This document shows, one piece after another, positions 19,072 through 27,936 of a stretch of DNA of 64,000 nucleotides. Under the pieces are notes generated by a model. The model ran no database searches and was not told where the DNA came from. It saw only the letters and a program-made list of their open reading frames with translations. The first letter of the stretch is position 1, and each line of letters begins with the position of its first letter. Both the position numbers and the translations under genes were made by a program. Source of the DNA: Candidatus Latescibacterota bacterium (GTDB lineage Bacteria > Latescibacterota > UBA2968 > UBA8231); contig OZ242005.1 in the NCBI GenBank assembly GCA_965204725.1, positions 1,152,001 to 1,216,000 of the forward strand, read 5' to 3'.

Positions 19072-20145
19072 CTAAGGAAAAAGCGTCCCTTCGAGCGCCT
19101 CGGCGTAGGTTTGTGGACGCCCGGAGTGGTCGCCGCCGAGCCAGCGATAGGCGCGCGGGTAGAGCGCGAGTGAGCGGTCGGCGAGCGGCAGGTTGAGCGG
19201 CACATTGCCCCACAGGGCCGAGTACTTGGCGGCGATGGCGACTTCGAGGGCTTGGCGCAGGTCGTGGCCGGAGATGGAGAGTGTGCCGCCGTTTCTTACG
19301 ACATCCAAAAACGACAGCACCGAAGTCCCTAGGTAGGAGAAGCGGGGGTATGCGAGCGGAGTATAGGGGCGGTTGCTCTTTGTGCGGATGCCCTGCGCGT
19401 TGCGGCCTTGGAAAATTTCGGGGGGTCCCCAATCCCAGCGGACGAGCGCGTCGTCGGTCCACACCGCTACGCCGCGGCCGGGTGTCGGTTGGCCAAAAAC
19501 CGGACAGGCGAGGCCGTTGCTGAGCAGAAATTGCCCGTTGATGATCAAGCCCTCGTCGTCGGCGCGTGCGAGGGCCTCCGGTGGGGTGCCCCAAGCGATG
19601 ACTTGGGTGATCTCGGCTTGGGTGAAAAGCCGCAAAACCGCGATGTGCTGGCAGCCCCCCCCGGAAATCTCGCCGCCCCAGCCGTGGACGCTGGCCCCGC
19701 GCAACGGGCCGTACTCGCCAGCGCGCAGCCAGCCGGCTGCTTCTTGCACCTCGCCCATAGCCCGTTGCAGGTTGCCGCCGGCAAAGACTACGCCGCGCCT
19801 TTCGCATTCCTCGATCATGGCATCTACATCTGACAGGCGGGCCTCAATGGGCTTGTCCGTGGAGACGCCCTTGACGCCCGCTTGCGCGGCGGCGATGACG
19901 GCCTCCTTGATATACTGGCCGGGCAGCACGACGACCGCGATGTCCGGGACGATGTGCTGGAAGAGGTCTTGCGCGTCCCGATAGAGTGCGCGGATGCCGA
20001 AGCGCTCGCCGACAGCTTGACGTCGCTCGGGGTTGTACTCGGCGATGGCGACTAGCTCGGTGTGAGGCAAGGTTTGATAGACTTCGGCGTAGTGCTGGCC
20101 GAGGCGACCGCAGCCAATGATGGCGACTGTGTATTTTTCGTCCAT
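19072..20145 (-). CDS. Gfo/Idh/MocA family oxidoreductase
   Basis: VAIIGCGRLG Rossmann motif, DKP motif. Confidence 0.9.
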   Translation of the reverse strand: MDEKYTVAIIGCGRLGQHYAEVYQTLPHTELVAIAEYNPERRQAVGERFGIRALYRDAQDLFQHIVPDIAVVVLPGQYIKEAVIAAAQAGVKGVSTDKPIEARLSDVDAMIEECERRGVVFAGGNLQRAMGEVQEAAGWLRAGEYGPLRGASVHGWGGEISGGGCQHIAVLRLFTQAEITQVIAWGTPPEALARADDEGLIINGQFLLSNGLACPVFGQPTPGRGVAVWTDDALVRWDWGPPEIFQGRNAQGIRTKSNRPYTPLAYPRFSYLGTSVLSFLDVVRNGGTLSISGHDLRQALEVAIAAKYSALWGNVPLNLPLADRSLALYPRAYRWLGGDHSGRPQTYAEALEGTLFP

Positions 20146-20160
20146 GGATGGGGTGCTCCT

Positions 20161-21849
20161 TTAGGTGGGTGGGCCGGCGTGGTAGGTTGCTGCGACCCAA
20201 GCGGCACTTTGGGCTACCGGCGATAGATACACCTCGGCGATGGTGCCTTGGAAGCGGGCGCTGCCGCCGGCGATGTGGCCGATGGTCAGGGGGATGGTCG
20301 TCTGTTGCAACGGGCGGCCCCCGGCCGAGCGCGAGGCCGCGAGTGTGCCGTCGATGTAGAGCTGGATGCGCACGCCGTCGTACACGCCGGCGAGGTGATG
20401 GACGCCGGGGGCGAGGGTTTGGTGCGCGGCCACGCTGACCGCGCCGGCCGTGGTGTTGACGATGAAGCAGGGGCCGGGCACGGCCGCGCACAGCCCGCCG
20501 TTGTGCCCCACATCGCCGTAGCGCAGGGAGAACGCGCCATCGGTCCCGAGCGTGTCGTAGCGGAGGACCCGGCCATGGGCGTGGTCGCCGTCGCGGTCGC
20601 CGCGCCAAGGAGCGGTGTAGAAATAGCGACCGTCGAACGCGCCGGCGTTGTACGCGGTGGTGTGCAGGCCGTCGGTATAGCTGGCGTCGTGGGTTTGCCA
20701 CGCGGCAGGGTCGTCAAACGGCGCGGCCGTGTCGTAGCGCAGCCAAGAGCCGTGGAAGACGCTCTCGCCAGCCGCCGCGGCGCGGGTGAAGGGCACGTAG
20801 TATATATAGCGTCCGTCGAAGAAGCCGCCGTCAAAGCCGCTGTTCGCCACGGGAACGTGGGTTTGCCACGCGGCGGGGTCGTCAAACGGGGCGGCCGTGT
20901 CGTAGCGCACCATCGAGCTGTTGCCGTACGCGCAAAAATAGAGGTGCCGCCCGTCGAACACGGCCCCGACGTTCATCTGCATCCCCAAAGGACGGGCGTC
21001 GTATAGGTCCCAGCTTTGCGGGTCGGCGAAATCCTCGGCGACTGCGTAGCGGAGGACGTGGCCGCTGGTCAGGGGCGCGAAATAGATGTGGCGTCCGTCG
21101 AACGCAGCGCCGTCGAAACAGGCCGCCTCCGGGCTGAGTTTTTGGGCGTTGAAGACGGCATAGCTCGCGGGGTCCTTCAGGGGCGCGGTCGTGTCGTAGC
21201 GGAGGATATGCCCGCTGGGCTCGTCGTCCAAACCGCCGGTCGCCGACCGCGTGTATCCCGGGCAGCAGTAGAGGTAGCGACCGTCCGAAGCGAGTCCCTG
21301 TCCCGAGTGGGGCACTTGGGCGTCGTGAGCGGCCCAAGCGGCCGGGTCTTTGAAGTCGGCGTGGGTGTCGTAGCGCAAGAGCCGCGTGTGATGGACAATG
21401 CCGTCGTCGTGCGGGTTGAAGTACACGTAGCGGCCGTCAAAGGCCCCGCCGTAGAAGCCCGCGGTGTGCAAGCCGTCGGTCTGGCTGGCGTCGTAGGCGG
21501 CCCAAGCGGCTGGGTCTTTGAATTCGGCGTGGGTGTCGAGGCGGAGGACGCGACCGTGGACGGAAGTGCGGTCATTCCGGTCGCGGATGGGGCAGAAGTA
21601 CGCGTAGCGGCCGTCGAACACTGCGCCGAAGTAGCCTTGGGTCACCAAGCCGTCTGTGTGGCCGGCGTCATAGGCGTCAAACGCATCAAAGGCGGCGCGG
21701 GGCCGCCACTGCGAGACGAGCGGCTGCATGGCTTCGGCGCGGGCCGTGGAGCTTTCGACCCAAGCGGCGACCGTCAGCGCGTTGTCAAAGGGGCGATCGA
21801 GCGCGAAGGGGGCGTTGGCCCGGATGCGGTATTCGGGGGTTTCGGACAT
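20161..21849 (-). CDS. Seven-repeat (FDGRYxY) beta-propeller protein with LamG/ConA-like domain
   Basis: Seven GxxFDGR(Y/H)xY...LRYDT repeats; C-terminal HHLAGVYDG..IQLYIDG...LTIG...FQGTIAEV LamG motifs; N-terminal LTVAAWV. Confidence 0.75.
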   Translation of the reverse strand: MSETPEYRIRANAPFALDRPFDNALTVAAWVESSTARAEAMQPLVSQWRPRAAFDAFDAYDAGHTDGLVTQGYFGAVFDGRYAYFCPIRDRNDRTSVHGRVLRLDTHAEFKDPAAWAAYDASQTDGLHTAGFYGGAFDGRYVYFNPHDDGIVHHTRLLRYDTHADFKDPAAWAAHDAQVPHSGQGLASDGRYLYCCPGYTRSATGGLDDEPSGHILRYDTTAPLKDPASYAVFNAQKLSPEAACFDGAAFDGRHIYFAPLTSGHVLRYAVAEDFADPQSWDLYDARPLGMQMNVGAVFDGRHLYFCAYGNSSMVRYDTAAPFDDPAAWQTHVPVANSGFDGGFFDGRYIYYVPFTRAAAAGESVFHGSWLRYDTAAPFDDPAAWQTHDASYTDGLHTTAYNAGAFDGRYFYTAPWRGDRDGDHAHGRVLRYDTLGTDGAFSLRYGDVGHNGGLCAAVPGPCFIVNTTAGAVSVAAHQTLAPGVHHLAGVYDGVRIQLYIDGTLAASRSAGGRPLQQTTIPLTIGHIAGGSARFQGTIAEVYLSPVAQSAAWVAATYHAGPPT

Positions 21850-21930
21850 AGCATGAGAATCCTAAGAGAAAATCCTGCATGGCGAAAGCTAATGAAGGCG
21901 GCGGTCGAAAACCACGAGATGTCGGCTGTA

Positions 21931-23925
21931 TCACCGGCCCGGCGAAAACTCCGCTTTCCAGAGGGTGCGGTTCTCTTTGGAAATCCACTGGCCGGTATGG
22001 ATGCGGTCGATGGCGTAGGTGGGGAGATGGGCGATCTTGATGCACTGATCGCCCAGCCGGAAGCTAGGGGATTTCCGCCGATAGTCCCTGAAATAGAAGT
22101 CGAGATTCTCCGAACCGTACTGTTGGCGGTGGGCGGGCAGGTCGGCCGGGTCGGCGGGGACGATGTGTAAAACGAACTTCGCCTGCACGTCGGCGGGAGC
22201 GCATGGCTCTTTGCGGTAAATCAGCTTGCGTCCGGTGCGGTACACGGTCCAGCCGGCGCGAACCACTTGCTCGCTGGCCTGTTGGATGAGTTGGTCCACG
22301 TAGCGTTGTTTCCGGGCGCGATGCCCGCCTTCGTCGAGGGGTTCGGACGCTGTGCGGCGGAGTACGAGGCCGTCGGCCAATTCGGCCACGATTTCTATGC
22401 CGGGCAAGAGACGGAGGTCCAAGTCGTCGTAGCCGAGACGTTCTCGACTCTCATAATAGAACTCATCAAGCCAAACGATATGCGCCCCAGCCTCGATCTC
22501 GGCCCACCCCATCTTGTGCGGGATCATTCGGTGGGTTCTCAACTTAGCGGCGGTCCGATCCCCAAGCAAAGCAAACGTTGCCTTGTTGCTGTAAACCCTG
22601 CCGACGATATGGCTGTCCCGGATGTACTTCAGGGTCGCGGAATGTTGCCAGCGGACGCACTTTCTCGGCGTATTTCCGTACCCGGCGACATAAGCTTGGG
22701 TGGTACGGAGGTTTTCTCGCGCCGAGAAGCCGACGTGGGCGAGAAAACCCAGCCCGACGAGGGACGCTACAACGTACCGGACAGCAGCCACCCGACTCGC
22801 CGCCTCGATGGACAGGAAGCGATCGAGCAAAAACGCCCCAACCAACAGCAGCGGCACGTATATCGGCAGCAGGTAGCGGCTGTCGATTTTCTGACCAACC
22901 GTGAAGGGCACGACGACGATGAGGAATACGAGGTAGATCACGGAGAACGTCCCGAATGGGATCGCCAGCCCCAAGCGGACATACACCGGCGCGGTCTCTG
23001 AGTCAGGCCGGCGACTGCGAAGGCCGACCGCGCCGGCGGCGAGGCTGACCGCCACGACCGTCAGGCACAGCAGATACGCCAACCCATCCGGCGTTGGGGG
23101 ACGACCCCACTCGCGGAACACTTCGATGGCTTGGCTCATCCCATCGGATAGAGACTGCCCCCTAGGATTATCCCTGTTTCCTGTTGCCCGGGTCAGGTTG
23201 CCGGTGACCGCCCAATTGTGCGCCAATACGGCCAGCAAGGGCAGAGACGAGACCGCGCCAAAGACGAGGGTCTGTCTTAGCCGAGCGAGGGGGAGCAGCA
23301 GCAGGACGCCGGTGCCGATCAGGGCCACGCCCGGATAGCGGGTTATCGCGGCCAACGCGGTGAACACCGCCGCCCACCACAGGGGCGCGGCCGTCCGCCA
23401 GTTGAGGAAGGCCCCCAACTGCATCAAGGCGAGGAGCGTAAACAAGACGAAGAGGGCGTCGGTCATGAAGTGTGACGCCCAACGGCTCAAGGGCAGGGAG
23501 GCCGCGAGGGTCGCGGTGGCCGCCAGTGCCAGCCACTGCGACCGGAGATTGGAGCGCAGCCAACACCCGGCGGCGAGGATAGTCAGCCCGAAGGCGGTGG
23601 CGTTGATCCACCGACCCGCGGCCAGCGGGTCGATGCCAACCCAACCGCTGGCCGCCAACAACAGGGGGAACAAGGGCGGCCATAATACCAGCGGATCGCC
23701 CTTGAAATCCCGCCAGCCCTCTCCGGCGAGGAAGTTCAGGGCCGTAGAAAGGTAAAATACGGAGTCCGGGCCGACCGCGGCGCCGCAGGGGGCGGTGCGG
23801 ACGAGGATGTGCGCGGTGCCCAGCCCGGCGAGGACGACGATGAGCAGCGCGATGCGGTCGCGCCAGAACCGGGCGAGCCACGCGAATGGGGTAGTTCCCC
23901 CCCCCTCCCCCCCCCCCATCTTCAT
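21931..23925 (-). CDS. GT-C-fold (ArnT/PMT, GT39-like) polytopic membrane glycosyltransferase, paralog 1
   Basis: DSVFYLSTA, WPPLFPLLL, TDALF, TRYPG, RYLLPIY, many TMs; soluble C-terminal LIYRKEPC..AKFVLH..NLDFYF..RIHTGQW domain; poly-G right after the start. Confidence 0.7.
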   Translation of the reverse strand: MKMGGGEGGGTTPFAWLARFWRDRIALLIVVLAGLGTAHILVRTAPCGAAVGPDSVFYLSTALNFLAGEGWRDFKGDPLVLWPPLFPLLLAASGWVGIDPLAAGRWINATAFGLTILAAGCWLRSNLRSQWLALAATATLAASLPLSRWASHFMTDALFVLFTLLALMQLGAFLNWRTAAPLWWAAVFTALAAITRYPGVALIGTGVLLLLPLARLRQTLVFGAVSSLPLLAVLAHNWAVTGNLTRATGNRDNPRGQSLSDGMSQAIEVFREWGRPPTPDGLAYLLCLTVVAVSLAAGAVGLRSRRPDSETAPVYVRLGLAIPFGTFSVIYLVFLIVVVPFTVGQKIDSRYLLPIYVPLLLVGAFLLDRFLSIEAASRVAAVRYVVASLVGLGFLAHVGFSARENLRTTQAYVAGYGNTPRKCVRWQHSATLKYIRDSHIVGRVYSNKATFALLGDRTAAKLRTHRMIPHKMGWAEIEAGAHIVWLDEFYYESRERLGYDDLDLRLLPGIEIVAELADGLVLRRTASEPLDEGGHRARKQRYVDQLIQQASEQVVRAGWTVYRTGRKLIYRKEPCAPADVQAKFVLHIVPADPADLPAHRQQYGSENLDFYFRDYRRKSPSFRLGDQCIKIAHLPTYAIDRIHTGQWISKENRTLWKAEFSPGR
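23897..23917 (-). repeat. Interrupted homopolymer G11-A-G9 in the first codons of paralog 1 (in frame)
   Basis: Plus strand C9-T-C11; encodes MGGGEGGG. Confidence 0.9.
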
Positions 23926-23950
23926 AAGTATATTAAAAACAATCACTTAT
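23923..23950. promoter_or_regulatory. AT-rich imperfect palindrome with IHF-like site
   Basis: CATAAGTATATTAAAAACAATCACTTAT; arms ATAAGT/ACTTAT; AAACAATCACTTA is one mismatch from WATCAANNNNTTR; 21/28 identical to 54101..54128. Confidence 0.55.
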
Positions 23951-23977
23951 GTATTTATCATTTTGGATCGCCGGTGA

Positions 23978-25999
23978 TCACCGGCCCGGCGAAAACTCCG
24001 CTTCCCAGAGGGTGCGGTTCTCTTTGGCAATCCACTGGCCGACATGGATGCGGTCGATGGCGTAGGCGGGGAGATGGGCGATCGCGACACACTGGTCGTC
24101 CAGCCGGAAGCTAGGGGATTTCCGACGATAGTCCCTGAAATAGAAGTCGAGATTCTCCGAACCGTACTGTTGGCGGTGGGCGGGCAGGTCGGCTAGATCA
24201 GCCGGGACGACGTGCAAGACGAACTTCGCCTGCACGTCGGCGGAAGTGCATGGCTCTTTGCGGTAGATCAGCTTGCGTCCGGTGTGGTACACGGTCCAGC
24301 CGGCGCGGCGTACTTGCTCGCTGGCCTGTTGGATGAGTTGGTCCACGTAGCGTTGTTTGCGGGCGCGATGCCTCGACGCATCGAAGGGTTCGGCAGCCGT
24401 GCGGCGGAACACGACGCCGTCGGCCAATTCGGCCACGACTTCTATGCCGGGCAGGACCCGGAGGTCCAAGTCGTGGAAGCCGAGATGTTCTCGATCATAG
24501 GGCCTATCAAACCAAACGATATGCGCCCCGACCTCGATCTCGGCCCACCCCATCTTGTTTGCGATTTCTCGGTACTTTCTCTGCTTTCTTAGGGCGGCGG
24601 TCCGATCCCAAAACCAAGCAAGACCTCCATAGTCGCTGTAAATCCTGCCCTCGATATGGTTGTCCCGGATATAATTCAGGGTCTCGGACTGTTGCCAGCG
24701 GGCGGCATTGTACGACCCGTATCTGACATGAGCTTGGTCGGTACGACGGAGGTTTTCTCGTGCCGAGAAGCCGATGTGGGCGAGAGCGCCTAGCACGACG
24801 AGGGACGCCAACCCGTAGCGGGCGGCTACCGTCCAGCCCGCCGCCTCAACGGACAGGAACCGATCCAGCAGCAGCACCGCCACCAACAGCAACGGCACAT
24901 ACACCGGCAGCAGGAATCGGAGGGGCATTCCACTTTCATAAGGAGGAATCGTGAAGGGCACGATGGCGACGATGAATACGAGGTAGCCAACGGCGAACAC
25001 CCCGAATGGGAGAGCCGGCCCCAACCCGAAGGAGGGCGACGCCGTCCGATCCGTTCCCTTATTTCCGCCCCTTCGTCCTGCCCGTCCATGCCTAACGACG
25101 ACTGCCCCCGCTGCTAGAACTAGCCCGGCCGCCATCCACAGGAGGTAACCCAACCCGTCCGGTGCATTCGGGGGAATCATCCACCCCCGGAATCCATCCG
25201 CCATTCGGCTCAGCAAATCGGACAGAGACTCCCCCGACCCGCTTCTCGGCCCGGTCAGGGTCCCGGAGACGACCCAGTTGCGCGTCAGCACCCCCGCGAG
25301 GGGCATGGATGAGACCGCACCAAATACGATGGCGTCTTTCAACCGGGCGGCCAGCGGTCGGGCGCGACGCACCAGCAGCACGAGGACGCCGACGCCGATC
25401 AGGACCACGCCCGGATAGCGGGTTAGCACGGCCAACGCGGTGAAAACCGCCGCCCACCACAGGGGCGCGTCCGTCTTGCGGTGGAGGAAGGCCGCCAACT
25501 GGATCAAGGCGAGGAGCGCAAGCAGGACGAAGAGGGGCTCGGTCATGAAGTGGGCTGCCCAATGGCTCAAGGGCAAGGAGGCCACGAGGGTCGCGGTGGC
25601 CGCCAGTGCCAGCAGCCGCGACCGGAGATGGGAGCGCAGCCAGCCGCCGGCGGCAAGGATGGTCAGCCCGAAGGCGGTGGCGTTGACCCACCGACCCGCT
25701 TCTAGCGGCTCGATGCCGACCCAACCGAAGGCTGCCAGCAACAGGGGGAACAAGGGCGGCCATAACGTCAGCGGGCTGCCCTCGAAATTCCGCCAGCCCT
25801 CTCCGGCGAGGAAGTTCAGGGCCGTAGAAAGGAAATTTACGGAGTCCGCGGTAACTGCGGTGCCGTAGGTGGCGGTGCGGACGAGGATGTGCGCGGTGCC
25901 CAGCCCGGCGAGGACGACGATGAGCAGGGTGGTGCGGGCGCGCCCAAACCGGGCGAGCCACGCGATGGCGCCGCGGCCATATCGGGCGTCTGGTATCAC
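23978..25999 (-). CDS. GT-C-fold membrane glycosyltransferase, paralog 2
   Basis: Same motifs as paralog 1 (DSVNFLSTA, TEPLF, TRYPG). The nearest in-frame start is GTG 25999, overlapping the paralog 3 stop (GTGA). Confidence 0.7.
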   Translation of the reverse strand: MIPDARYGRGAIAWLARFGRARTTLLIVVLAGLGTAHILVRTATYGTAVTADSVNFLSTALNFLAGEGWRNFEGSPLTLWPPLFPLLLAAFGWVGIEPLEAGRWVNATAFGLTILAAGGWLRSHLRSRLLALAATATLVASLPLSHWAAHFMTEPLFVLLALLALIQLAAFLHRKTDAPLWWAAVFTALAVLTRYPGVVLIGVGVLVLLVRRARPLAARLKDAIVFGAVSSMPLAGVLTRNWVVSGTLTGPRSGSGESLSDLLSRMADGFRGWMIPPNAPDGLGYLLWMAAGLVLAAGAVVVRHGRAGRRGGNKGTDRTASPSFGLGPALPFGVFAVGYLVFIVAIVPFTIPPYESGMPLRFLLPVYVPLLLVAVLLLDRFLSVEAAGWTVAARYGLASLVVLGALAHIGFSARENLRRTDQAHVRYGSYNAARWQQSETLNYIRDNHIEGRIYSDYGGLAWFWDRTAALRKQRKYREIANKMGWAEIEVGAHIVWFDRPYDREHLGFHDLDLRVLPGIEVVAELADGVVFRRTAAEPFDASRHRARKQRYVDQLIQQASEQVRRAGWTVYHTGRKLIYRKEPCTSADVQAKFVLHVVPADLADLPAHRQQYGSENLDFYFRDYRRKSPSFRLDDQCVAIAHLPAYAIDRIHVGQWIAKENRTLWEAEFSPGR

Positions 26000-27936
26000 C
26001 GGCTGGCCGAAAGCTCCGCATCCCAGAGGGTGCGGTTGTCTTTGGAAATCCACTGGCCGACCCGGATGCGGTCAATGGTGTAGGCGGGAAGTTGGGCGAT
26101 CGCGATGCACTGGTCGCCGACCCGGAAGCCGCGGAAGTAGAAATAGAAGCCGAGGCTGTCAAAGCCGTGCCGCTGGCGGTGAGCTGGCAGGTCGGCCGGA
26201 TTGGCGGGGGTGACTTGCAAAACAAACTTCGCCTGCACGTCGGCGGGGACGCACGGCTCTTTGCGGTAAATTAGCGTGCGTCCGGTGCGATGCACGCCCC
26301 AGCCAGCGCGGACCACTCGCTCGCTGGCCTGTTGGATGAGTTGGTCTATGTAGCGTTGTTTCTGGGCGCGATGCCTTTCCGCATCGAAGGGTTCGGCGGC
26401 CGTGCGGCGGAACACGACGCCGTCGGCTAGTTCGGCCACGATTTCCATACCGGGCAGGACCCGGAGGTCAAGGTCGTCGAAGCCATACCAAGATCGATTA
26501 TAGTACCTATAAAACCAAACGATACGCGCCCCGGCCTCGAGCTCGGCCCACCCCATCTTGTGCGGGACTAATCGGTACTTTCCCAACTTATCTTGGGCGG
26601 CGGCCCGATCCGCAAACCAAGCAAGGTTTCTCTTGTTGCTGTAAATCCTGCCCTCAATAGGGTTGTCTCGGATATAGTTCAGGAGCTCGGAATGTTGCCA
26701 ACGGGCGGTATTGTACGACCAGTATCTGTATCCGGCGACATGAGCTTGGGTGGTAAGACGGAGGTTTTCTCGCGCCGAGAAGCCGACGTGGGTGAGGGTG
26801 CCCAGCAAGACGAGGGACGCTACAACGTACCGGACGGCAACTACCCGACTCGCCGCCTCGCTGGACAGGAACCGATCCAGCAGCAACACCGCCGCCAACA
26901 GCAACGGCACGTATATCGGCAGCAGGTAGCGGCTGTCGATTATCTGACCAACCGTGAGGGGCACGACGGCGACCAAGAATGCGATATAGCCCACGGTGAA
27001 CGCCCCGAATGGGATAGCCCCTTCTGGGCCATGCCTGCGACCGCGAAGGATGATCGCTGCGCCGGCTAGCCCGATCGCCGCGACTGCCAACCACAGCAGA
27101 TACGCAAGTCCATCCGGCGTTTTCGGGGGAACGACCCACTTGCAGAACACCTCGACGATCTGGTTTAGCCCACCGGATAGGGACTGTCCCGAAGGCTCTC
27201 TGTTTCCTGTCGCCCGGGCCAGGTTGCCGGTGACCACCCAATTACGCGCCAATACTGCCAGCAAGGGCAGGGACGAGACCGCGCCAAAGACGAGGGTGTG
27301 CTTCAGTCGGGCGAGAGGCAGCAGAATGAGGATGCCGACGCCGATTAAGACCACGCCCGGATAGCGGGTTAGCGCGGCCAACGCGGTGAAAACCGTCGCC
27401 CACCACAGGGGTGCGTCCGTCCGCCGGTTGAGGAAGGTCGCTAACTGGATCAAGGCGAGGAGCGCAAGCAGGACGAAGAGGGGCTCGGTCAAGAAGTGGG
27501 CTGCCCAATGGCTCAAGGGCAAGGAGGCCACGAGGGTCGCGGTGGCCGCTAGTGCCAGCAGCCGCGACCGGAGATTCGAGCGCAGCCAGCACCCGGCGGC
27601 GAGAATGGTCAGCCCGAAGGCGGTGGCGTTGATCCACCGACCCGCTTCTAGCGGCTCGATACCGACCCAACCGAAGGCCGTCAGCAACAGGGGGAACAAG
27701 GGCGGCCATAACGTCAGCGGACTGCCCTCGAAATCTCGCCAGCCCTCTCCGGCGAGGAAGTTCAGGGCCGTAGAAAGGAAAATTACGGAGTCGTAGTTGA
27801 CCGCGGCACCGTAGGTGGCGGTGCGGACGAGGATGTGGGCGGTGCCCAGCCCGGCGAGGACGACGATGAGCAGCGTGAAGCGGTCGCGCCAGAACCGGGC
27901 GAGCCACTCAAATGCGGAGCGGTTCACATCCCCCAT
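25996..27936 (-). CDS. GT-C-fold membrane glycosyltransferase, paralog 3
   Basis: Same motifs (DSVIFLSTA, TEPLF, DSRYLLPIY); start ATG 27936 or coupled GTG 27927 overlapping the AAA gene stop. Confidence 0.7.
   Translation of the reverse strand: MGDVNRSAFEWLARFWRDRFTLLIVVLAGLGTAHILVRTATYGAAVNYDSVIFLSTALNFLAGEGWRDFEGSPLTLWPPLFPLLLTAFGWVGIEPLEAGRWINATAFGLTILAAGCWLRSNLRSRLLALAATATLVASLPLSHWAAHFLTEPLFVLLALLALIQLATFLNRRTDAPLWWATVFTALAALTRYPGVVLIGVGILILLPLARLKHTLVFGAVSSLPLLAVLARNWVVTGNLARATGNREPSGQSLSGGLNQIVEVFCKWVVPPKTPDGLAYLLWLAVAAIGLAGAAIILRGRRHGPEGAIPFGAFTVGYIAFLVAVVPLTVGQIIDSRYLLPIYVPLLLAAVLLLDRFLSSEAASRVVAVRYVVASLVLLGTLTHVGFSARENLRLTTQAHVAGYRYWSYNTARWQHSELLNYIRDNPIEGRIYSNKRNLAWFADRAAAQDKLGKYRLVPHKMGWAELEAGARIVWFYRYYNRSWYGFDDLDLRVLPGMEIVAELADGVVFRRTAAEPFDAERHRAQKQRYIDQLIQQASERVVRAGWGVHRTGRTLIYRKEPCVPADVQAKFVLQVTPANPADLPAHRQRHGFDSLGFYFYFRGFRVGDQCIAIAQLPAYTIDRIRVGQWISKDNRTLWDAELSASR

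Noticed and set aside
21931-27936. Diversity-generating retroelement as the source of paralog variation
   Set aside because: No reverse transcriptase in the window; differences include indels and are not adenine-specific.
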